A stretch of DNA of 64,000 nucleotides from Botryllus schlosseri (taxonomy: Eukaryota): positions 19,654,001-19,718,000 of the forward strand of contig CM119371.1 in the NCBI GenBank assembly GCA_051294905.1, given 5' to 3'. The notes beneath the pieces were generated by a model. It worked only from the letters and a program-made list of their open reading frames with translations. It was not told where the DNA came from and did no database searches. The position numbers and the translations under genes were made by a program. Below are positions 38,371-51,229 of this stretch, piece after piece. Positions within the stretch are counted from its first letter, which is position 1. Each line of letters opens with the position of its first letter.

Positions 38371-41300
38371 ATATTTTTTGTACAACTCGACCCTGAATCC
38401 TGGTTGGCTAAACCTGCTATATGCTGCACTTCACGTATGAACGAATACGACTCGTCAGTTTTACAAATCATGTATGGCTTTTTGTTCTATATTATACCAG
38501 TTCAAGATACAAAAAAATGCACTGGACTAGACCTCGGCGGAAAATTGCAATAAAAATGGATGAAGAATGAAGGTAAAATAACAGTCCGTGACAACACACA
38601 GCATAAGTTAACAAAAAGTAGACAGCAAGAGGTAGGGCCTTGTTACAGAATGAAAACTAATCGCCAATTTTTAAAATCCTTTATATGGCTTTCTGTTCTG
38701 TATGAAATCGGTACAAAATACACCCCACAAAAAACTTGAATGAAGAAAATACGTTAGCAAGAATTGGGCCTTAATTGATACAGAACTGTGCAATCACTTC
38801 AGCAAATATTTCTGCATTAGCATTAGTCCATGTTATCGGTATCGGAATAATCAGCCTCCTCGATAACAGTCTAGCTCCCGTCTTCCCAATTTATCGTCGT
38901 CCTACAACATAAATTAATTGATTACTTTGATTGATTATAGCAGTAGAGAAAAAGTAATTACATGTGTTTGGGCTGAGTACCGTGGGACGGTCATGTCAAG
39001 TCACATTCATCCAAGGAGTCCGAACCGTCTTTTGTAAATCATGACAACCTTGGTGGTGCGTGACAGCCAAGTCAAACTTTACCATCTACTTCGACTAAAT
39101 TATTGATAAAACTCTGCGCGTCAAATTTGGCTCAATTCCAACATCTAGAAGCCAAGCCAGGGGTTCTCAGCCATCTTTTGGCCATGGCCCATTGTCGGGT
39201 TTGAAAGTGTTAGGAGGCCCGCCTCTTAGCACAGAGTAGAGTCGTAGTCCTTTTCAATGTGTGGTAATCGCCACCGCCGATTTGTATATTTCTCTAACAT
39301 AGCACTTTTTTTATCTTACTAATCATATTTAAATGTAGACCTACAGCGACAAGAAATCGCGCAAAGCACGACAAAATTTTTCAATTTGATTACATCTACT
39401 TCAACAAACGACCAACAAAGTAATTTTGGGTTCAGTCGAGCTCCCCCTAATTGGGTGTTTGGAGTGTGACAGTTACGGCCCTGGAAGATAGTATAACTCA
39501 TCGGTACTTCCGCTGTTCCACTGGCGTCGCGGAACCCTATGATCCAATCCCCGCATTCGCACTGTGTGATTGGGGTTTTAGTTCCACTATGGTGGAACGA
39601 TTCTGGGCCAGCTTCAAAAATTTCTTTGGTGAACGGGATAGTATAGCTAGCTGTACAATGTACATATAGTTGGTTGTATACCTATTAACGATGCGATGTC
39701 AAAACATTAAAACCACCAATACAATCAATTCATGTTGCTCTTACATTATGTACAATGACTTTAAGGTCGGACATTTTTCGCCAACTCTAAAGATTATTGT
39801 ACTGCGCTAATCCTAAATCCATTACGATTTGTTGCGCTTCTTCCTGTGGATGCCCCTGTGGATGCCGTGTACTTCCGCAGGAAGTTGATAATTGATAATA
39901 AATTGCAATTGTGGCTATTTTTATGTTACAATAATACACCCTGCCAAAGTAACGTAAACCTACATCAAATGCACTTTAGTCCCAGTCTAATGCACACCCT
40001 TACAAGGGCATGTGACTTATGTCACTGCCAAAATACTTGGTTACTTCAGCATCAACTTGCAGTTATTAAATAATCGAAATTATTTTCGTTGCTGTTGGCC
40101 GTTCGTTGTCATTGCCGGGGAACAAAAGCCACCGTTTCCACTCCCATTTTCGCATTGTACATTGCGACTCCATACGTGCCACTACATATCATCAGAGTCG
40201 GATGAAAGCTACCTGTGGCCTACCCCTGAGTTAAGTTATTAGAGTTACAAAATTTTCAATTTATTAAAAAAATTGAATTATTTTTTAAATTTTGCTGTTA
40301 TCCCTATGAAATTGTCAAGTTGTCGAAAAAAACAATGCATAACAAATTTGGCGCAATTCCAACCAGTAGATGCGAAGTTTCAAATCCCTAATTTGGTATC
40401 TCAATAATTTCACTTCTACACGTTGGGATTGAGCCAGATTTGCCATGCCTCTTGTTCGCCACCGAAACACCCGGCCCAGAATAGTCAGGCGCAATGTTCC
40501 CTCTGATTTTTGACGAGTCTGCACACACTCACCAACTCACTGCGTGGTCCCTTGGACAGCAGTGCGTAACGACTAAAAACAATGACATCACTTAGGATTT
40601 TTTGTGTGCAGCTTGAATTTTCTGTGCGCAGAGACCGTGTCAGCACTGCGCAATTGCGCACGTGTGCACTGTGCAGCTTAGAGGGAACATGGGTCAGGCC
40701 ATTGCAATTTGAGCCCCCCTCCCATGCAGTAGAAATGCAACCAGTGGAGGATAAACTTCCTTCCCGTGTTGAAATGTGAATTGAAAGGAGTTTGAAATGA
40801 GTGATTAATTATTTGCCCAAGTTTTTTGATGACATTGGTTCCACCGCTAAATCTGAGCAAGTGCAACGAGAGGATCAAAAATTTATGCAAGACCGACAAT
40901 ATTGACGAAATTCAATAATTACAATAAATTTTTTAAAAATCACATTATGTCAAAGTTGCATTACGCGATTACAAAATAACAGTTTGGGAACCACTGGTAT
41001 AGTGTTCTGAAGAAGAATGGTAGCAGCCCTGGAGGTAGAAACGATTCACTTACTGTCAAATAATATGATAAAGAGCACAGCTGTCACACAGACGTCAACT
41101 TCATAAACAAAATTACCTTGCAAGCTCCAATAACAGTTGGAAAGCAGCCCATTTTAGCTGTAGTTGTTTGATTCTCGACCGTAGGATGAGCCACTTTACA
41201 GGCTCCTCCAAAGAGAATATAAGTAGATCAGGGGCAGCACAAAACAATGCAGCAAATCGGAATCTCCACCAGCGGTAACAATATCTCTTGAATGCGATTA

Positions 41301-44029
41301 CAGCAGTGTCAAAATTGGGATTTCAAAACATTCCAGACGCAACAGAGTTTCGCAATCAACGCACTTGTTTGTGATTTCGCCAGGTTGGATCTCAGTAAAA
41401 GAGGACTTGAAACGAGGGTTTAGCCTATAAAGCTGTGTGGTCAATAACAATTTGAAATTTAGCTGCGATGATCTTCCACAAAAAGGGAAATCAAAATACC
41501 CTACCTTGGTAAAAATGCTCTCCGTTATTGAGGGTTTTGTAATTGCGATTGTAATATTAGTAACAACTTGTAAAGAGTCAAATTTTGAAAATTTATTTTC
41601 TGTTCATTTTTGCTACACAGCTTATTGTCTTGACCGCTGACTTCCGAATAGTTGCTGCTTGGTGAAATGGACATATATATATATATATCGGTTTCGGCCA
41701 ACATGAGGCGGTACTTTTGGTCAAGGTTTCAGAGATGTGTAGATATCCCTGCAAGGTTTCCTCGCCATCGAGCTTTTTGGCGGCACACTTCACAGAGGCA
41801 CATGTCAGCCGAAATGTCATTGTCAACTTCTTGGTGTGTCGTGACGCAACACCGAAATGCTGATCTTTGTAAATTAAGCGTTTCTTGGGGGGGGGGAAGG
41901 TTACTCATATTAATACCAAGACATCTGGCCACAATAAATCACACGAAGCGCTAAGAAAATTTAAATAAAGTTTCCTTCAGCTTAATTTTCAAAATCACTT
42001 TGGGCCAAACTTCCAGCCTTCTCCAATGGGGGGTTTAGGGTGCGGCCCTGTGTTTAGTGTTCCTTACCATCATTGCATTTCAGCTTTCGGCGGTCTTTTT
42101 TGACATGCCCGTTTATCGTTCATGGATGATGATGTCTCATAGTAAAAACGAGCACTGATTGACTTGTTTTACGAAATAGGCATTTCGAAACGTACCCTAT
42201 CACGAAACAATTTGAAGCACAGACCGTGTAATGAGTAATGTGACAATGGCACAAAGAAGGTTTGAACTAAACTATATGGAAAGAGTGACTTATTGTGATT
42301 TCAATTGTTATGACATACTTTGCTACATTGGCGTTATGTTGAATATGGATTAAGCAAGCGAGCTTGCGAGGTACATAGGCTGCGTAATATGCGCGGCATA
42401 TTTCCGTTCCGGCCCAGTTTATAAGCTTATGGTTTAATTTCACGCAGTAATATTCAAAAGTAGGTTTTGTGTTTTGAATTTCAAGAAATGGACACGCGGG
42501 CTGCTCAGAATGGCTTCGCGGGCCGCACTTTGCCCAGGGCTTAGTTACATAGTCCGGCAAAGTTTGCTCTAATCAACTAAATCATACCAGTTCAGACTTT
42601 TTGCAATCACAGTAAATCAAGTTCTTTTCCAGTTGTTCCAGATGAGATAAGGTTTGACAGGGGTCTTCAATAAGATCTTCCAGCAAAATTGGGGTTGTGG
42701 TACTGTGTTTTTTTGAGTCTGCGATGATGTGACCTTTAATGATATCCATCATCTGGTTCATCTCTAACTTCAATTCTTTGATGTCTTTACGCATCAAAGA
42801 AACAGAGTGGTCACTGTATGCAGATGTTGGAGTTGATGGTGTGCACGGAGCAGCTAAAAAATTATTTGAATATAAGAAAGCTGGATTAATCATATGTGAT
42901 AAACTGATAATCTTACCATTACTCTGTGACAGGCCTCGTTGTTGACAGTCAGAATTTTGCAGTTCAACATTGCTTACAAATGAAGGAACGTCTGGAAAAC
43001 AGAGCGACGCTATAACTCAAATTCAAGAATGAATCAAAGTGTTAGAAGCTCGCTGATTGGGTTAGTTCCCTGCAACTGGCCGCTACATTCAATGTTGGGA
43101 TCATGCTGTTCTTGAACATTCTCCGAATGATGGCAAACTTGCATTGCAAGCATCATTGAAAACAGCACTCTTGCTTGTCACACTTTCATTGCCAGAATCA
43201 TAGGAGATGGCCGCAGTATTAGAATTGTTATAGGCATTGCTGCTTTAAAGGAAACACATCATCTACAAAGTATAAAAGTTTTACATAAGAATATTCTGTG
43301 TACAACATATTGGGCAGAATAACAGAGTATATTATACCCTGATCATCAGTCGAAATAGAATTATCCAAATTTTTTTTGGGCGGCTGACGTCTTCTTTAGA
43401 CTGTTGTCGTTGTTCCTCTTCAGACAATGAAGAGGAGGACAGGCTACTCTTGTCCGCAACTTCCTTCATATCAATCTTTATAAGCCTTCTCCCATACATC
43501 TAAAACAGATGGATAATATATAGATGGCAAGGTACCAGGCTTGTACAAACTACTGGATTTTTAAAAAGCACAACTAGAATTACTCAAATTTGAAAACTTG
43601 CAACTAACGACGGGCACTCTTTAGTTGTTTGGAAACTGCGGTACTGAAAAAACCGTTGGTTAGTTGTTCGTCAACTAACTAAACACGTAGTCAGTACAAG
43701 TCTGCAATACTGCAATGATACTTTATACTTGGTAGGCAAACTTTCACAAATTATTGATAAGTTTATACTTACTGGAACTGGATGAGCATTTGATCTGGAT
43801 TTTCTACAGAGACCTATTGCCCTTGTCATGTTTTCGTGGCTTCTTGTTTTTCCCCTCATCAGTGGCATTCTTTGCTTTCGTATGTGCTTCCACTGTCATA
43901 TTATTTATCTCTGGGAATTACCACGTCTTGGCTGAGCAGACAAGCGCCACGCTACACTATTATAGACAGAAGTACAAAAACATTCAAACAGAATGCATGA
44001 TTTGAGCGACCACCATGTCCTGATATTAT

Positions 44030-45408
44030 TGTAACGGGGCGCCATCTATGGCTAGTGACGACGTCATGCATATTGACGAAGCGTGTTGTAATTGATGCGT
44101 TCACTCTCTTGGATGGACGCCGTGCGAGGTGCACGTGCTGTGTTTACTGGTCATGTTTCCATGCGCCTGTGCTGCGATCTGATAGCTTGAAGAATAAAGA
44201 ACTTACAACAACACTGTTACAAATGGCGAGCACTCCAGTCTTCAAGCCTTTCAAGAGTCAGTGAGCAGTAACAAAGTGTCATGGATTTGTTGCGTAAGGA
44301 TCATGAATATATTCGTACAGAGATCAAGCGGGCTGATCGCCGGATTGACGACATGGTTGAGGCCCAGAAGAGTATTCTCGATCAAGTATTGAGTATTGTG
44401 CAAAGTTTCGGAGGTTCGCCTGCGCATCCAGTGCGATTTGTTAAACCCTGTAACGAGGTTGAATCGTCGGGAATTGTTCCGAGAAAGCACGAAAATGTTG
44501 GTGCACTCGTTTTGCCTGGTCTGGCTGATCCTGTGTTGTCCGAGGTGTCTGCTAAGTTGGATGGTTCCTTAGCACATCTTGAAGATTGTGGATCTGTGAT
44601 GGTGTCTGCTAAGTTGGATGATTCCTTAGCGCATCATGATGACTGTAGGCCTGTGATGGAGCCTGATGTGTATGCTAAGAGGGATGATTCCTTAGCACAA
44701 CTTGAGGATTGTGAGCCTGTGACTGAGGCCGAGGTGGCTGCTAAGAAGTATGATTCCTTCGCGCAACGTGAGAATTGCGGGTCTGTTGTGACATGTCATA
44801 ACATTGAAGTTGACCCGAGCTTGGACTTGAAAGAGTTGACCGTTTTCGAGAAAATCTGGAATAAGTATAATGCTCCGTTTGTTCTGTTGCCGACGGAAGA
44901 CAAAACGTACTGCGTCCGTACTGATGTCAGCAAGCTGAATTCCATTACTGTACAAGACGTTATCAAATGGTGCGGTGAAGAAATTGAGGACCTTGCTTCA
45001 CATAACTGGGTGGATGGATCGACAGACCTGATGATGATCGACAAGATTGTTTGGAATTTCATGTTTTTATTGTTGTGGGCTATTTGTTTGGCCTAGTCTT
45101 CATGATGTTGTATGTGTCTTTTTGCCTTTGATTCGGGTTTCCATTTGATGTGTTATCGGTTTTAGTTTAGAGGTAAATGTTCCTCGTGTTACCTCTAAAA
45201 AATTGGAGGGGGGTATATGTAACGGGCGCCATCTATGGCTAGTGATGACGTCATGCATATTGACGAAGCGTGTTGTAATTGATGCGTTCACTCTCTTGGA
45301 TGGACGCCGTGCGAGGTGCACGTGCTGTGTTTACTGGTCATGTTTCCATGCGCCTGTGCTGCGATCTGATAGCTTGAAGAATAAATAACGTACAACAACA
45401 CTGTTACA
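44030..45408 (+). mobile_element. Complete miniature LTR retroelement (TRIM-like, Gypsy-type signals)
   Basis: LTRs 44030-44221 and 45218-45408 (TGTAAC...GTTACA, 4 differences seen). 4-bp TSD TTAT. PBS-like TGGCGAGC after the 5' LTR. PPT GGAGGGGGG at 45205-45213. Confidence 0.95.
44281..45096 (+). CDS. Orphan 271-aa ORF of the mini LTR element (coiled coil, 4 internal repeats, hydrophobic C-terminus)
   Basis: Uninterrupted ORF filling most of the internal region. No RT, INT or PR motifs seen. Confidence 0.75.
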   Translation: MDLLRKDHEYIRTEIKRADRRIDDMVEAQKSILDQVLSIVQSFGGSPAHPVRFVKPCNEVESSGIVPRKHENVGALVLPGLADPVLSEVSAKLDGSLAHLEDCGSVMVSAKLDDSLAHHDDCRPVMEPDVYAKRDDSLAQLEDCEPVTEAEVAAKKYDSFAQRENCGSVVTCHNIEVDPSLDLKELTVFEKIWNKYNAPFVLLPTEDKTYCVRTDVSKLNSITVQDVIKWCGEEIEDLASHNWVDGSTDLMMIDKIVWNFMFLLLWAICLA

Positions 45409-48400
45409 TTATATAATCCAGCACTGTCACTATAGCTCATGATATTCGCAAAAGTGCAAACCAAACCAAGGTCTATACTTTATGACATTATACCATACAC
45501 CGAACCTACGTTTAATATTAAGCATATATAAATTACCATGCACCCTATACCCTATATCCTCTTCTCAAACCCAGTACTGTATAATATATCCTGTTCCCAA
45601 ACCACAATCCTTACCCGTCATCTTACAACAACTAACATATGCTTCGTAATTGACTTATCAGGTAATAAATAAAGTAACTTACATGTTAGCATCGTGAAAG
45701 AGATGATTCGCAGACGACCTTGACCAAAGAAAGGAGTTCTCTTTATACTCGCTAACATGTGCCTCAAACTCGAACAACCAAGCGTAACATACTCACCCAA
45801 TTCAAGATGAGCCATATCTACTAAAAAGTTTTTTAAATATGTATATTGTAAGTTATAAGTTCGTATTTTGTATCTACATTGCGGCGACATTGCGCTTACA
45901 TTATCGACATTGCGCCGGCATTGTCGACATTGCGCTGGTATTATCGACATTGCGGCAACATCATCGACATTGCTAGCTGTCAAGTATAATATCAGTTATA
46001 ATTCTTTGAATATAAGTATATTTCACGGTATAAGTTCGTATATTGCACCTACATTGCGCCGACATTGCCGACATTCACAAAGTAGATGGACCCGGCTGAG
46101 CCTCACTTTACCATGATTAATTCCTGAACGCGACTAAACCAAACCCACAGCTGCAGCTAAGCCGCCATTATGAGAGTGAGAGCGCTTTGTCTGCCAGTAA
46201 TATATTTCGCGCCGAGACTTGTATTCGCGTGGGAGAAATGACCTCTCGTTTACACTCCGGATCAGGAACCGGATTCGGCGCAGTATTTCAGCGATACAGT
46301 ACAGCCGGACTGGATGCGGATTCTGAATTTAATTTCGACTGCGGGATTTTAGCAAGAAGCTTACTTATAATCTTAAATACTATATCATGATTTTGGCAGA
46401 AGTTTTTCGAACGCAAAACTGGAAATTTTCCAGCCGGATTTTGCGGACGTTCAAATTGCCACCTAGAGCCGGATGGATTCGGATTCGAAAATTTGGGAAT
46501 CAGACCATCTCCGGAGGATTTAGAATCCGACTGCGTAATTATAGATAACTAACCTACGGAGGTTAGTTATCTATAGCATAATACACTAATACCCAAGCAC
46601 CGAAAGCAGCGGATGGGACGGAGCGCGATGATGTGGGCTAATATGATATTGAAGTTAATTGGTTTGATATCATATCGGCCGTCGAACACAAGTATGGAGA
46701 ACAAATATGATATGGTGCTTGGCTATCGCCGGGGCCTTGGGAAGCAGAAATATATCTAGACACAAACTGTTCGTTTGTATTGTCCTGTAACCAGATGGCC
46801 TACGTGACAAAGTGATACGTTTTGGAGTACTCAAGTATGTTTCGTCTTGGTAGGAATCAGCGAAATGGACGGTTTCTGTCTCTGTAGTATGCATGATATT
46901 CCGCTCTACTATCGTTGCATGTTGGCATAACCACATGACTTAGATAGAGAGCTAAATATTAAGGTCATAGTTTATTCGATTAGGCCAGGATCAGGCCCTG
47001 GCCAGCATTGAACTCGATGTATGCTTCAATCACGAAAGTAGAATTGCCTATGAACCATTGAAAAACCTTCAGATAATATCTGACAACACTGTAACGTGTA
47101 TGGCAACCAGGGTTCGCTATATATAGACTTTGCCAACGCTTAGACCGCTATAGGCATTGTCAAATGAGATGATGTCCCGGATCTCAAAGGCGAATGTGAT
47201 CCCTGTCTCATTGCGTGGCGATATTTATGCTCCAGAGTCACGGGACGAAGCAATTAATCCTTGATAGTAACAAAATACCTCACTCGTTTAATGATCGAAA
47301 ATGCTTGTCTATATTCTCCCTACGGCAAGGTCAAGAGATAATTGTATCGGATTGAAGGAAATCTTTATTTGCATAATCACAGGGCTGAAGCAGTGGTACC
47401 CACGGCTCTGGCAAAGTCTGCGTTTCTGCGAAAATGTACTTTATACATTAAGCAGTATCCATTCCCATAAGTGGTAAAAGCAGCGAATATTGATATTCAA
47501 ATGCAAATAGAAACACCGTTTCAGTGTTCTACTAAATTGTAAGTAAATCTAACTCTTTTGAAGGCATGCTGAATCATAGTTAAGGAAAAGTGTGAATAGG
47601 GAGGTCAAGGCCCACAATTGAGTATATTAGTAGTAAGTTCTCAATTGAGTGGTTTGTAAAAAGTAGATATAGGTAAATCCAGATTTTCCTACAATTAGAT
47701 CATGATTCCTCCCTGGCGTTACTATGTATAGATGTTCACGGTGTTCGTCCACTTGTTGTATATGCAGACTGTTTTAATTGAATTTGATTGTCGGTCTTCA
47801 TATTCAAATTCTGTAATTGCTCGGGATCTCAACGCATTAATCATTTCCCAGTCGCCAACAATTGAATATCGCGAACAGTACATATTTGAATATTGCGAAG
47901 GCGCCTGAGCGATTTAAAACATATTAAATATCTTTTGAGTAACATAGCTTCCAATTAGCTAAGGCCGATATTCATGCGTTGTGACGTGTCATGTAGGGCT
48001 ACCCTATTTTGGAACCAGGAAAGGAGGACACATTTTTAAAATCTTAAAGTTAATTTACCGAAATTGAAAATAGCTGATTTTGAATTATTCACTGGAAATC
48101 TTGCTGTGTTGACTAAAAAATAAAAAAAAGGCCATCACATCAACTCGGCTCCCGAATCCCGCGTTATTTGCGCCACGTTTGTGGTGTTGATTTAAACAAG
48201 GGTTATCGTTTTGAGTCGACTCCGGAAAGACGCGTTCGACGCGTCTGCAATACCTATTTCGTGTCCTTTATGCCGATTTCCAGTTGACTCTGTACATTAG
48301 CCTCGCTTTTAAAGCTGTAAAGGAGTACGAATTGCTCAAAAGGGGGACGTTTTCAATTTCTTTAAAAAGGAGGACAAATCATCCTAGAGGATGACGCATG

Positions 48401-48884
48401 GTAACGAAAGTATACCCTCTAAGCTGCACGCGAGCGCGCACTTCTGCCACAGTCTGCGCACACAAAAAATATGTGCCACGCCCACACAAAGTCCACATGT
48501 GGTTCGTAAAATTACATTGTCTTACTCAAATGGCATTGATGTGCATCTGAACACACTGACGACCTTTTTAGATGTACAAATGTACATCACTAATTTGTAA
48601 TCAGTAGATTCGTAATTAGATGAAGCGACGCCATCTCGGTAGAAAGGTGGATTTCAACCCGAGTGCTCGGAGATACAGCATTTCCTCTCTCCATCGGACG
48701 AGTAAGTTAATGTTCCTCTTTTTAAAAGTATATTGTATCTGCGCCTATAAGCGTCGCATTGCGTCGCCAGCATTGCCAGGGCTCCTAGGGTCATTTCGAT
48801 TTTGAAGTGGGCGGACACACTAATGAGGCGATGTGGGCATGCTGGGACACAATGTGGACGCCGCAGAAAAATGACGTAGCAGTA

Positions 48885-49848
48885 GGGGAGATGTGGTACC
48901 AATGGATCACTGGGACCAAAAATACTTTGAAAATTCTCTATGATAATTCCATGATTACACTCCGTGAACTTGTCTACAATTGCTTGCTGGCAAAATCTTT
49001 CCTCACATACAAAAAAATTCGACGTGCGCGAGCTATGGGGTCTCTCACAGATGTTTTTTGTTTTTAGGGGTGTAAAGTAAATTTATATCGACATATACAT
49101 TTTTCTTTGTAACCTTCAACACGAAGAAACCAGCAATCATTTTTATTGTGAAGTGCAGGGCTTGTATCTGGCTATATAATGGCACCTATTATTTTTTTCA
49201 GTACTTTCCTTGAGTGGAATTTTTTTCGATTCATATATAAAAGTCGTAGTGTGGGGACCGATGATACAATAGCCAAATCAAGCAAAATAATCAAGCATAC
49301 TAATCATAAAACAAATGAAACATGCCTACGTACAGAAAATCTTTATGTAATAATTGCATATGATGTTTTATCGCTATAACGAGGTGTTTGGAAGTCACAC
49401 TGTCGATTTTCGGGCAATATGTACGTACCCTCAAATTTATAAGTCCGAGCCTAAATCGAAACGTGATTTTATGACAACATTTGAGTTAATATTTATTCTA
49501 TTTCTTGACGGTTGCGATCAAACATTCTTCTTTGGCTTACTGTAGCTTAGATTATAATACTGAGCAAGAAAAGTTGTCACATCTGAGGTATTTAGGGTAT
49601 ATGTGTCATAGGTCCCCGCGGGTCGTGTGCCATTGGACCCACCGGGTGGGGACCGATGACACGTTCGAGCAACAAATTTTGAACGTCCATAGATATTTTT
49701 TGAAAAGACGGATATTCATGTATATGTGCGCGATAGGTAGAGCTTGTATGAAAGTGCTGAGCCAGCAAAAGACCTGCTGTTTTCGGCTGAACATTTTGGG
49801 GCCAGCGATCATTTTCCAATTTTTTATCCATCGGTACCACATCTCCCC
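48885..49848. mobile_element. Tc1/mariner (pogo-like) non-autonomous element
   Basis: TIRs GGGGAGATGTGGTACC / GGTACCACATCTCCCC flanked by TA on both sides. Confidence 0.85.
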
Positions 49849-51229
49849 TATATATTTAGTAATAGTTCTCATGTGAATACAAAGTTATATAGTTGGGCTA
49901 TAGCACTACACTCTAAATTTTTTTCCGTTGGTGACAACATCTAAGAGAACGCGTTGCGTGTAAAAAAAAAGAACATCTGAAAAGGTGTTCGTGTTGTTGC
50001 TTGGCGTTGCCAGATACTGTGTTGTCTCATATAACCGTTGTCAAACGCTGTGTTGTCTGATATAGGCGTTCTCCACGATATCGCCCACGTAACGGACACG
50101 AAAAACTACTAAATAATCTGGCCGACACGAATGCTATCTCTCTGCAGCTTTTTCTTACTAAATAATCTGGCGTACTCGGCCCACACCCTGTCGCTTGTAA
50201 CTCCGCATCATTCTAGTTCACAATGACATCATTATATTCAATGTCAATATTTATATTCAATGTCAATATGACATCATAAGTGATAAAACGAAACCATCAT
50301 TGAAATGTAAAAGCAATGCACTGCACAATGAAGCAAGACTGCTGCTAGTAAAAATAAAGAATCATCGGCACAGTGATAAATTATGTGCTTCAAGAACAAT
50401 ATGAGCATGCGACATACTTAGTTTGAGTAACTTGAGCATATGACTTTATAACGTAAAAACACTTCTGAAATGAACCCGTAAATATAGCCCCGGTGTACTG
50501 CAAAATTCAACCCATATACTGAAGTGTCACGCTTCAAAGTCGCATGCTTATGTCCAAGGATCTAATGGAATGGAGTATAATAACAAAATATTGTCAAGGA
50601 AAACAAGACAGTCAGTGTGTCAATACTAAGGTAGAGTATGAACAACTGGTACAGTCATATTCAAGTCAAATTAGTGGGCCTATCACGCCTTTACAGTATG
50701 TGCTCAAAATTTTTGAAGAAATTTTTCAATTATCCAGTAACACTAAATCCAACCCAAATGCTGAAAGAGTCACACGCTATCCAGCCACATGTTCATGCCC
50801 ACGGATTCAATGGACTGATAAATATAAATGAAATATTGCAAATAAAAACAAAGATAGTGTCCTAAGATAAAACTAGAGTATGAACTACTGTTCCACAACT
50901 TGCACAGCAATAACCAAGTCAAATTACTTAGCCTATTAGGCCCCTCACCTATGTGCTCAAAATTGTTGAAGGCATTATTCAATTTTCCACAGACACTAAA
51001 TTCAACCAACATGTGTCACGCACTATCAATTCACATGTCTGTCCAGTGTCGACAAAGCTAATGGATTTATGTATACCAACGAAATAGAAGCAAATGATGA
51101 ACTACTGTTTAACAACTTGCACAAAAGTAACCTTATGTCAAAGAAAGAGGTCTATTATGACCTTACAGCATGTGTTCGAATTTTCTGAAGAAATTATTCA
51201 GTTTTTCAGACACATATTGGGTGTTTTTG

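Larger units (their letters stand above)
42582..46100 (-). pseudogene. Decayed EnSpm-like transposon relic with a multi-exon accessory gene (DUF4806-like C-terminus), interrupted by an LTR element
   Basis: Exon-like pieces DVWEKAYKRL, SSLSSSSLSEEE and a coiled coil + PCQTLSHLEQLEKNL..KSELV. ACATTGCGCCG subterminal repeats at 45875-46075 and a CTCAGCCGG end. Confidence 0.55.

Noticed and set aside
38180-38440. ORF with GHPQRYPD octapeptide repeats
   Set aside because: It is the translation of a 24-bp subterminal repeat array in a transposon end, with no signal peptide or splice support.
39750-40120. Minus-strand reading EVTKYF...ALDW...YQLST resembling a hAT C-terminus
   Set aside because: Multiple stops and only loose similarity.
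41437-41932. Possible hAT dimerisation motif (+) and BED-finger-like CxxC...HL (-)
   Set aside because: The motifs are on opposite strands and incomplete (no second His); too weak to call without a search.
47100-47900. Stop-interrupted long reading on the minus strand
   Set aside because: No recognisable RT, endonuclease or host-gene motif.
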